A stretch of 64,000 bases of DNA from NCBI RefSeq assembly GCF_963921235.1, contig NC_086108.1:29948001-30012000 (forward strand), read 5' to 3'. Both the position numbers and the translations under genes were made by a program. This document shows, piece by piece, positions 12,381 through 24,300 of this stretch (position 1 is the stretch's first letter; each line of letters starts with the position of its first letter). The stretch comes from Mobula hypostoma. Lineage: Eukaryota. The notes under the pieces were generated by a model that was not told the DNA's origin, did no database searches, and saw only the letters and a program-made list of their open reading frames with translations.

Positions 12381-15300
12381 GTAAAAGAGCAAACAAGTGC
12401 CACCTATTTAAATAGACAATGGAATGGTTGGCTCTTCAACTGGGTTGTATCTTTTATGCAGATATTCATTTGGAACGATCAATGTTCTTGGGCTGAGATT
12501 GTAATGAGTTCACCAGAAGGGGTGGTGGTGCTTGACCAAGTGCTTTGCCAGCTTAGTGTGTTGTGTACTATCACTAGAAGTTTTTATTCTATTCCTTTCA
12601 GCTGCTTCAGTTTTTGTTTCAGATTCTACAATCTGCGGTTTTAATTTATTTTTTCTGATACCTCTACAGCTTTCATTACACATGAATAAATTCAGTGGAG
12701 CTATCTCTGTTCTTAAAGGTTGAAAAAATGTACTTATTAAGATCCAGTGAGGAATAGGTCCTTCTGGCCCTTCAACCCATGCTGTCTTCCCCAATTGAAT
12801 CTTGCCTAACCATGGGACAATTTACAATAACCGATTAACCTACCAAGCTGGTGTGTCTTCGAACTGCGGGAAGAAACTGGAGCACCCAGAGGAAACCCAT
12901 GCAGTCAGGGGAAAACATACAAACTCCATACAGACAGTGGTGGAAATTATTTTTGCTGAAACCTTGACAGCTGTCATTACATGTGAATTAATTCCATGGG
13001 ATATTTTTGTTCTTAGCAGTTGAAGTATTTTCTGTGGTTTCCTCTAAGGAGTGTCTTCCAATAATGATGTAAATATACTGATCAGTATATTCAAAGTTCA
13101 AAGTAAATTTATTATCCAAGTACATATATATGTCACCATATACAAGCCCGAGGTTCATTTTCTTGCGGGTATATTCAATAAATCCATAATAGAATAATAA
13201 CAGAGTCAGTGAAAGACGGCACCAACTTGGGCCTGTGATGATTGAATTGATTGATAGGCTGTGGACTGATGGACAAAGCTTGTGAAGTGTTTCCTGTCCC
13301 TTTTTGTTTTCCTCCTTGCTGCTGAACACCCAAGTGGAGTATGCAACAGAGTAATGCACTCCACCTGCTGGTTTGGTGTAGAACCTTGGAAATTAAATGC
13401 AAACCAGATGACTTAAGCACAATTCAGTATCTTGGATTTTCTGGCTAATTTTTTTTCGATGGCAGCCCTGAGCCTGTCATTTAACAATTTGATTTTTTTT
13501 TTGTTAGTCTTTAGCTCATTTTATACAATTGTTCACATTTAAATATTATGATCTCATGTTGGCACTGAATGCACAATATCCAATATCCTGAAAGGATAAT
13601 CCGGCAGCTGCATTAAATTTAACACTGTTGTGATTTTTCTGTTGGAGACTTTATTTGTGTGTATGTGGGCAGATTGCAGATGTATTGCAAGCACTTGTAC
13701 CCTGGGTGGTAAACTGTCTCTAAGGGTTTAAGGTTATTTTCTTCAATGGAGACTGTTAGAATGGACTTAATGAGTGAAAGTTGTAAATGGAGCACAAAAG
13801 AAGAAACTTCCATGGGAAATCTGCTGACCAGATGTTGGATTTTTAAAAACCGTATTTAAAAAAATCATACATGTCTGCTTATTGCTGATTGAATCTGAAA
13901 AATATTTTCATTCACTCTTGCAAAATTATTTATGGAAACTTGCATATTTCATTGGTTTCTCCTTTTCATTTCTTTACATTCCTTACATTTCTGTGTCTTA
14001 GGTGCTGGTGAATTGTTTACAAGCTTGTCTGTTTCCCAGAACAGTTAAATAGAAACACTGTCCTGAACCAAAGCAGGAAGTGCGAATTTGCATCACTTGA
14101 CTGACTGACAAATTTGTGTTGATGGCTCAGATAGTATTGACTAAAGAATTGTATACCAGATTCTCCAATTCACAGGAGTACAGAGGGAATATTTTGTTCT
14201 GAACTGTGGTTTGGAATGAACTAAAACTGAGGGAAATGAATTCCACTGAAGTTTTAAACAAAATTTTGAACTTTTACATGAAAATAAAAAAAATACAAAG
14301 CAAGAGTATAAACTAATTGAACAACACGCGTAAAAATTGCTGGGGGAACGCAGCAGGCCAGGCAGCATCTCTAGGAAGAGGACCCTGACGAAGGGTCTCG
14401 GCCCGAAACTTCGACTGTACCTCTTCCTAGAGATGCTGCCTGGCCTACTGCGTTCCCCCAGTAACTTTTATGTGTGTTGCTTGAAATTCCAGCATCTGCA
14501 GATTTCCTCGTGTTTGTGTTTGTAAACTAATAGAACAACTGTTTGAAAGAGCCACTTTGCATATATTAGGCTTAAAACATTTTGTCATGTGCTATTGATA
14601 GAATTGCAAGAAATGGACTGATACATATTTTCAGAAGTTTTTGAAAGTCACTCATGAATATTTCCCCTGAACTAACAATGGCATTAGTGACATGTATGTA
14701 CTTTGTGAGAGTGTTCTAAAATGCTAGTGAGAGTTATCAGCTTGATTGAAGCTTAAGACATTGAATCCAGAGTGCTTTCTTAAATTATTTCTTCAGCTAG
14801 AGAAGCAAAGGCTTGTCTAAGCTTGTTTAACTTATTTTTATGACTGATTGCAGGTACGGAAACTTTGAGTGTCAAAGCTGTGGGGAAGATGGCAGTCAAA
14901 GTACATCAGAAATGAGAGCCGTAATTAGGAAGTAAGTGGATCGAATTCATCCCCCCCATCCCTCCCCACTGATCTCCCTCCTGGTACTTATCCTTGTAAG
15001 TGGAACAAGTGCCACACATGCCCTTACACTTCCTCCCTCACCACCATTCAGGGCCCCAGACAGTCCTTCCAGGTGAGGCGACACTTCACCTGTGGGTCGG
15101 CTGGGGTGATATACTGCGTCCGGTGCTCCCGATGTGGCCTCCTATATATTGGCAAGACCCGACGCAGATTGGGAGATCGTTTTGCTGAACACCTACGCTC
15201 TGTCTGCCAGAGAAAGCAGGATCTCCCAGTGGCCGCACATTTTAATTCCACATCCCATTCCCATTCTGATATGTCTATCCTCGGCCTCCTCTACTGTAAA

Positions 15301-18300
15301 GATGAAGCCACACTCAGGTTGGAGGAACAACACCTTATATTTCGTCTGGGTAGCCTCCAACCTGATGGCATGAACATCGACTTCTCTAACTTCCGCTAAT
15401 GCCCCACCTCCCCCTCGTCCCCCATCTGTTATTTATTTATATACACACATTCTTTCTTTCTCTCTCTCTCTCTCTCCTTTTTCTCCCTCTGTCCCTCTCA
15501 CTATACCCCTTGCCCATCTTCTGGGTTCCCCCCCCCCCTTTCCTTCTCCCTGGGCCTCCTGTCCCATGATCCTCTCATATCCCTTCTGCCAATCACCTGT
15601 CCAGCTCTTGGCTCCATCCCTCCCCCTCCTGGCTTCTCCTATCATTTCGGATCTCCCTCTCCCCCTCCCACTTTCAAATCTCTTACTAGCTCTTCCTTCA
15701 GTTAGTCCTGACGAAGGGTCTTGACCCTAAACGTCGACTGTACCTCTTCCTAGAGATGCTGCTTGGCCTGCTGCGTTCACCAGCAACTTTGATGTGTGTT
15801 GCTTGAATTTCCAGCATCTGCAGAATTCCTCGTGTTTGCGAATGAGTATCTAAATGTTTTTTATTCAGAACAGAATAGCATGAAAGAAAATTGTTGGAGT
15901 TCCTGCAAGATTACACAGATGTTCTTGCAGTGTGGTGAATATCAGTTCATAGGAAACAGCTGCTACTGGAGTTCTTAAGAAGAATCTTCCACGTATAAAA
16001 CACAACAATGAGAAAATGCCTGCCCTTCAGCATAAATAAATAGCTTTGGTTGACAATTCAGGGCTATCCAGCAAGGTTAAAGTGATGTGAGATTTTCTCT
16101 TCCAGGGCGTTCAACTCTGCTCACTTCCACCCCCCGCCTCACTATTTAAAAAAATTGCTGTGAAAATTCAGGGACTGGGAGTGGGGCAATGAAAGATCGA
16201 GCTCAAGGTTTCTCAACTGGGTTTCTGCGAGTGATCGTGATTTAAACAAATAACCATCGTTCTTTTAACCGCGCAGCGTACGATGCTAATGCTCGCAGAG
16301 GTGGGCAGTGACTAAGCAGCCCCGTTAACAATCTCGATAGAAGTCTCTCAGCCCAGTATGGCAGTGCACAGTAGGACAGTGTTTATTTGCTTGAGTCCGT
16401 TCTCAGTTTCCACGTGAGATAGGGAAGGGCGGTGGGTTGATGATTGGTGAGCAGTGTATTGCTATTAAGCATGAAATACAGTTCCTGAGCATTGAATGGA
16501 CTCGACCAACTTGGGCTTGGCCTCTCCCTCCCCATTACTTCCCCCAGCTTTTCGTTACGCACCACCGACTGACTTATGGGAGTGAACAAACTATTGGTGG
16601 TGTAGAAATTGGATGGAAATTACATTCTAAAGACAGTCCAGTGTGGCAATTTTTGAAGAGGAGGTGTGAGACGGAAGAGGAAGACTTGAGGCCTAGGCCT
16701 AAGGACAATTCTGATAAAGTTAATGATGGAGAATTACAATCTTCTGAGTCATTTCACTGCACAAGTGCAACAATGGACATAAAAGTCTGTCTTTTACAAA
16801 ACTACAAATGTTTGTAAATGTTTACTTACACAACCAATACACAAAGTATACATAAATTTGATTGCTACTGTCGATAAAACAGTCAATTCCCTGGGGAGCC
16901 CATCGCTCTCAGAAATCACCCACTGTACCCAGTGTGACTGCATGCTCCCTTTCCAGGGACAGTCGGGCACAAGCATATCCTTGGCAGAGGGACAGGCAGT
17001 TGGCCCTGGCAGAGTTTTGACTTTCCGCTGCCTAGACCCGTGAATGGCCAGGCCCAGAAGCGAGCCCACCAGTAAATCCTCCAAGCGACTCGCCCCCTTC
17101 CGTACACGAGGAGCGCGGGGCTGAAGTGCAAACAGAACCTGAGCAGCAGCCCCTTCAGATACTCAAACCGACTGCAACCTCTCTCACTCCACAAAAGCGT
17201 GGTACACTGACTCCTGGCCACGGAATGGACAGGAGTGCTGGGTTTCAGTGAACCTGCTTAAAAACCTGATGCACAGTACTGCCCTGTGCAACACCTTCCA
17301 CCCCTGGTCCCCAGAGTACAGGGGAAGGACCCCAGCATAAAGAGATTTCCACTGGGGACGACCTCCACTACCAGATGGTACAACAGACCATCAAGGCGAG
17401 TCAGGTCGGCAGCAAAGGCAAGGAAGTCAAAAGTGTGCGAGAGCAGCCTGTTCAAGGGCATCACGGAAGGGCACGGTGGGCATCCCCACGATGCCACTAT
17501 TATATGGGGGGATCCCGCATGCTATGCAGGACCCCCTGCTGGTGGTATCCCGGGGCCTGGGTCTGAGAGGCAATTCTGGCCAATCAGGTGGTGGTGCAGC
17601 CAAATCCCCTCCACTTCCCCAAGTCTCCTCGACATCCACCCTGATAGGATGGGTACTAGTCCCCCTCGCAGTTAGGGCACAGTACCCCACCTATGCAGGA
17701 GCACCCTGTCTGGATGAGTCTATACCCCATATCCTCAACAGATCTCTGTAAAAGCGAGGCAGGTCCCTCAAAGTGGCAGTAGCTGATGCTGTCCTGGAAG
17801 CCACATGCCTTCCTGCAGGCAGTGTCTCCGGTGGTGAAAGTGCGTCACCAGCACATGCCATCCCGGAGGGTAGTCGCTGTACAGGTATCTCTGCAGGGTC
17901 CTGAGGTGGAGAGCCGGCAGCTGGGTGCACACACACCAACAACTGACTGCCCTCTATGTTCGGAAGACTAGGACCGCAGCAGAGACCCAATGCCTCTTGT
18001 TGCCGCAGAAGTCATCCACCTGCCTCTTCGATGTCCTGGAGGCAAAAGCAGTGGGTGGGACTAAAGTAATTAGCCGGTACCATTGCAATGAAAACTACTT
18101 ATCACTAGGTTTTACAGGGACTGGTAATCAAGTTGTCCTATTCCATTGTGCCTAGTCTGTGGCAAACAACTTAGAAATGCAGCAATGGCTCCAGCAAAAT
18201 TGAACAGACACTTAACTACAAATCACAGCCACATGACACTTAAAAGTGCTGATTATTTGCCACCTCCCTTGTGCCATTTTGCTAGCTTAGTTACTTGCTG

Positions 18301-21300
18301 CACCGACATACTAGCCTTAACTCAGATGGTGACAAGAGGGTGTAGAGGAATGAGATACACCAGCTAGTTGAGTGATGTCAGAGCAACAAAATGTTGCTTT
18401 CAACATCATTTAAGACCCAAGAGCTGATTGTGGACTTCAGAAAGGGTAAGACGAGGGAACACAAATTAAGTGTTCCCAGTGATTCAGCAACAGTTTCTTC
18501 CCCTTTGCCATCCAATTTCTAAATGGAAATTGAACCCATGAACACTACCTGACTACTTTTTTTAAAATTTCTATTTTAGTACTACTTAATTTAACTATTT
18601 AATATACATATACATGTATACTTATTGTACTTCAGTTTTTCTATATTATCATGTACTGCATTGTACTACTGCTGCAAAGTTAACAAATTTCACAACATAT
18701 GCCAGTGATATTAAATCTGATTCTAATTAACTTTCATGCACAAGAACATCTAGATTCCTCTGTATTTCGTGCTGCAATCTTGGTTTAGTTAGATAATCCA
18801 ATTATTAATTCCTTATACTAGTGTACAGGATTTCAGTTCTGAGTTTAAATACCATTTGGCAAGTTTCTCCACACTCACTAAACCTATCAATATCCTGTTG
18901 CAGTTCACATATTCTCATTACAGCATGCTTACACCTGTTTTCACCTCCTCTGCAAACCTATATGTCTCTTCACCCTTCTTCAATTAATTAATATTGATAA
19001 ATAAAGGGAAAGACTGATGCTTGAGTCAATGGTGCATTCAGACTAATCTTCAATCCATGTTAATGCACTTTTCCTCTTCTGAGCTCTTGTGCACAAGCCT
19101 CTTATTAATGCCTTCTAGAAATCCTACTGGGCTACATTTATTATCCTCTATTGATTCCATTTGTTACATCCTTGAAGTGCCCCAGCAGCTTTGAGAAACA
19201 TTATATTCATTTCATAAACAATCTTAACTTGGTTTAGTTAAACCTTTCTAAATGAGTGGCTATTTCTTCTTTGCTTAAGATTGCAGCATCTTCCCAACAA
19301 AGATTAAAGATTAGCTTTATTTGCCACATGTACAGTACATTGAAACATACAGTGAAATGTATTGAAATGTGATCTTTGCGGCAAACTGGCATTTATGCCC
19401 ATCATTGCCCATGAAATAAGAAGGTAGTCTTGAAACAACTGCATTGGTCTGGAGTTACACATAGACCACTATAGCTAAGAGCATCAGATTCCTTCTCCCA
19501 AAAAAGCATCAGTGCACCAGGCATGATTTTAATAACCATCTGAAAATTTTGTGCTTATTTTTACCACAATTAGTTTAAAATTCATGTTGTATTATTAAAC
19601 ATGAAACCCCCCCACCCAGTGATTTTGAAAATGTATCAGATTAGTAGAAATCTGGCTATTAGTCTAGTAGTCACAATAGTGCTGAATATTATTTCTAAGC
19701 ATATATCACCCTTAACATAACTGCTGACTTCTTTCATGTTAATTTCTAGCGCAATAGCCTCAATTCTGCGAGCCTGGCTGGACCAGTGCTCTGAAGACTT
19801 CCGGGAAACTCCAAATTACACGTGCCTCCACAAGTTACTCTGCTACCTGAGACAGACGATGCCAGGCTCCGATCCTGAGCGAAGGGCTCAGAACCTCTTG
19901 GAGCAGTTTCAGAATCAAGAGCTGACAGAACAGGAGCTGGACAGTAAGATAAACCTTTGAGCTGCAAGTAATGAGTTGGGAAATGTATGTAGGGGTTGTG
20001 AAGAAGTGTTGATAAAGGCTGTACAAGCAACACTGAATCATGAAGTTACAGATCTGCATTGTAGATTTGGAACAAGGTTGGGTCTGAAGCCTCTTTTTCG
20101 AATTCTGTTCCTTCAATAAATATATACTGTCTTTATTTTGATAGTTGTATTTCAAACTTACTCAAGTTGTGCCATTATTCTTTTTGTTTTAGAAATTATT
20201 TAAAGGGGGAAGTAAGAAAATTTCTTTATTCCTCTGGTTATTTGAGGATTCTGCCCCCAATTTTCAGTGTCATTTAAAAGGGAAACTGATCATTTGAACA
20301 AAACATAAAAGTTTATTGGGGAAATGGAGATGAAATTACAATAGATGGATATAGATAGAGGCATCAAACAAATACAGAAATCTTTAACGAAATTGGCTGA
20401 CTCCTCTTAAGATTTCCCAGATTGCTTCACTTTATATATAAAAAAATAATAGTTTGAATTGCTGCCAGCTCTGTTGCAAGCTCTGGGGTTCAAAGGTAAT
20501 CTGAAAACATGAGCCTGGACTTTACAGTAGTTACCATGGCTAGGCTACCAGCCTTTCATGTGACTAAAGTAAACTGGCAGTAACTGCTGCGACACAAACT
20601 GGAGCACAAGTCCACTGTCAGCAAATCCTTGCTCCTCCAAACTTCACCTATTTAATCACAAGGAATTAATGAACATGTGGAAGCTTCTGATATTTACAGA
20701 CAATTTTCAATGTAAAATACCCAGAAAATTTTGTGCTTTGTTGCATGAGGTATGCTTTACTGTTGAGCCATAATAACCCTTTAGTAACCTGACATTTCCA
20801 CCCCCCCTCTCAAAAAAAACCTTATGGGTTACGGTTTGCTCAGATAATAGGTTTTAAATTTTAAAACCTTTTTGATTTTTATATTTCAGCTTCTGTCCTA
20901 TTTTATAGGTTCCAAACACAATGCTCTGCATAGTATTAGCATTCCCTTTAAAACAAACATACCTCTCACATTCTCCTTTGATGCTTCCGGAAATACCTCA
21001 GCTGGCTTGGTAACACACAGCCGCTGGGCAAGGAATTGCTCCTGAACTGATGCTGATAGGTTACCACTGTCACTGTGTGGGAAACCCATACCACAGTTGT
21101 TGCCAGATCTGTGCCAGCTTTCACTCAGTGCAAACATGAGAAAATCTGCAGATGCTGGAAATACAAAGCAACACACGCACAAAGTGCTGGAGGAACTCAA
21201 CAGGTCAGGCAGCCCTCATGAGTCCTGAAGAAGGGTCTCAACTCGAAACATAACTGTTTACTCTTTTCTATAGGCGCTACCTGGCCTGCTGAGTTCCTCC

Positions 21301-24300
21301 AGCATTGTGTGTGTGTCATTCAGTGCAAGGCTGCTGTTTCACTGCTAATTGCAAAATTGGTAACATTTCATGTAATCTGAGGGGCAAGTGTGTTTAATAA
21401 CACAATGGATGACAAATTAGTCAAATTCGTATGATGACATATGCCATAGTTCACCGGTGACTGCTTAGTGTTGACCAATAAAAATTGATGTCTTGTTTCT
21501 CCCCACTTGCCCCTATCCAGTATCCCGCTACCACCGACTGACACTATTTTGGGCAAGTGCAATAATGTTACTGGAACACATCCAGCTAATTCCTGGTTTG
21601 TTAATTGCCTATTTGCCAAAATTAGAATGCTATAGCAATGCATTCATAAATTTGATAATATGCTTGACTCATTCATTTCTAATGGAATGGTGAAGGAACT
21701 CATTGCAATAGAGGCTTTGCAGTTGTCTACGGTAGTGGATTTATACAATCCTGTACTGGATTTTAGATTTAAACAATATTTACCATTAATCTTATAGGAA
21801 TTGTAAGATAAAGCAAAACAAATACTGATCTGTCAGTAATTGGAAGAGACAACATTTTATTTTCCACTCAACCTCTCTACCAAGAAGTTGTTAAGAATTG
21901 TATAGCACTCAGGAATAATTCTGTTGAACTTCAACGCAATCCAGCAAATGTTTGGCTGTCCTCCTTGCCTCCTTTCAGTAACTTTCCTCTAAACTCCCCC
22001 TCAATTAAAGCGTGTATGGTTTCTTGTTGCATATTTCCTGCATGGTGCATCTTTTCCTTGAGCTTAATGGGTGAATTATACAAAACAGCTTTTTTTGTGC
22101 GTTTTCCTGGCTGTTATTGTTAATGAATGTTTGTTGCATTGTCACTTAAAAGTAATGCTGGCTTACTTTAAAACCAGAATTATTCAGTTGGTGGGAAGAT
22201 TGACTCAGACACAGATTAGCTCTTTGTTCATCACTGCTCTTTAATGGGAACATATCAAGAAAACGTTTTTTCTTGCCGGTTGAGTGCTCTATTTAAGTGA
22301 CTTTGATTGTAATGTAATATAATTTTATCAAAGTCGTTTATGGATGTGAGAAAATTGATTACTTTTTTCAAATAATTTATTTTAAAATCAGTACAAATTG
22401 TATTTGTGCAAGTTTGACCTTGTTCTTTTTTAGATCTTAGTTAAGTGTTGTGAACCTTGGGCACAAACAAGTGTCTTGTCAATTGTACAGATGGTTACCA
22501 TGGAAACATCACTTTCAGCCTGGGAGAGGAAGGGGATGTAGAGATAGATGGAATTGAAGAAAAACAGGATTTCCTCTCCTTCTCATCAGATAAAGTGGCA
22601 GAGCAGTTGACTTACATGGATGCTGTAAGTAAACAAGAATTTGGGCCATTATGTCTGTATGATTGCCTGGTTACCATTAATGCCATATATTAAGTAAGCG
22701 TCCTAATCTTTCTGCACATTGCTAATGCTGTTAATGCTGTGTCAGTCAGTATTGCTCAAAGTTCACTTCATAGAACAGCATTTTAAAGCTTCAGAACATG
22801 TGACTTCAGTATCAACATTGGAATGTCAGTGCTGTCAAAAACCTCAACAATCCTTTTGTCTTTCTGAACAGGATGTTATGTGAGAGAACACTAAAAAGCT
22901 CATACTGTAATGTCAGATCTTGGGCATTGACACAGTGAATTAGGATCAATCCACAATAAAGGCTGCAATCTCCAGAACTAAAGTACAATTTTTATCACAA
23001 ATTGTTCGGGGGGAAAAAAAAGATGTTGATCCAGCTTAGTGGTGCAAAGCCTTGGCAAATGCTATATTATGATAGAATAGGTTTAAAAAAACTAATTTGA
23101 GTGGGATATTGCTGGGATGATGTTTCAGTGAAGCACAGTTGGGCACAATGTGAAGCCAGCTTTATATGCTGTTTTGACTATAGTCTGTTAGTTTGAACTA
23201 AAATTGCCATTTGTGTGTTCTTTCTCAAAATAAAAATATGTTTGACACTGCCTTTGATTCTATTAGATATACATTTTAATTGCACGCATTCTCACTTAAA
23301 TATTGTTGCACTCAATATTTCCACCTCTAATTTCTTCAGACTAATGGAGCATGCACAATCTACCTGTGCAAGCTGAAAGTCATAGCCTTGGGCTTCTGTT
23401 AGACCAAGTGTCTGTGCGCTCAACATTCTTTTCCATGGTTTTATAAGGAACATTTACTTTCCTCAACATAACTCTCTATCAAATTTCATTCTGTACTTCA
23501 GTCAACTAAAATCTCAATCATGTCTTTTTGTTACCTGGATTTCATTGTCCAAAATTTCCTCAAGAATCTTCTGTCTATATATTACCTTACACCAGGATCT
23601 CAATCTTCATGGATCACAGTTAGCTCCCTTCCTCCCTATACCTTTGGTTTGAAATGAATCCTGTTGGAGTCCTACTATATAAAAATGGGACATTCAACCC
23701 ACCATGTCCATGTTGACCATTGGGCACTCAGTTCCATTATTATTTTTGTTTAGCTTTATTATTCTATTAGAAGGTGTTAGAGTGATTTTTGGGTTGAGGA
23801 CATATACATTTAGCAATTGGCTACCAGTCTTCACATCTGAAAATGTATTGTGCATTTCGTTTGGGGTGTAGCTCTGAACAATGGTCCCCAAAAGCTGTGA
23901 TTCCCGGTCCAGACAATGTGGATTAAAATTCATTTGGATGTCTGTTTAGTTGGCTACTTACAAGTCTTGTGCTTAATTTTATGTTTGATTTTAGGAATTG
24001 TTCAAGAAAGTTGTTCCACATCACTGCTTAGGCTGTATATGGTCCAGAAGGGACAAAAAGGGAAATAAGCACCTGGCTCCCACCATTCGGGCCACCATCA
24101 CCCAGTTCAATGTCCTCACAAAATGTGTCATCAGCACTATATTGAGGGATGTGCAGCTGAAGCCACAGCAGAGAGCCAGAATCATCGAGAAGTGGATTGA
24201 TGTTGCCCAGGTAACACACGACTGAGAATCGGGTTTATTATCACCGGCATGAGACATGAAATTTATTAACTTAGCAGCAGCAGTTCAATGCAATACATAA

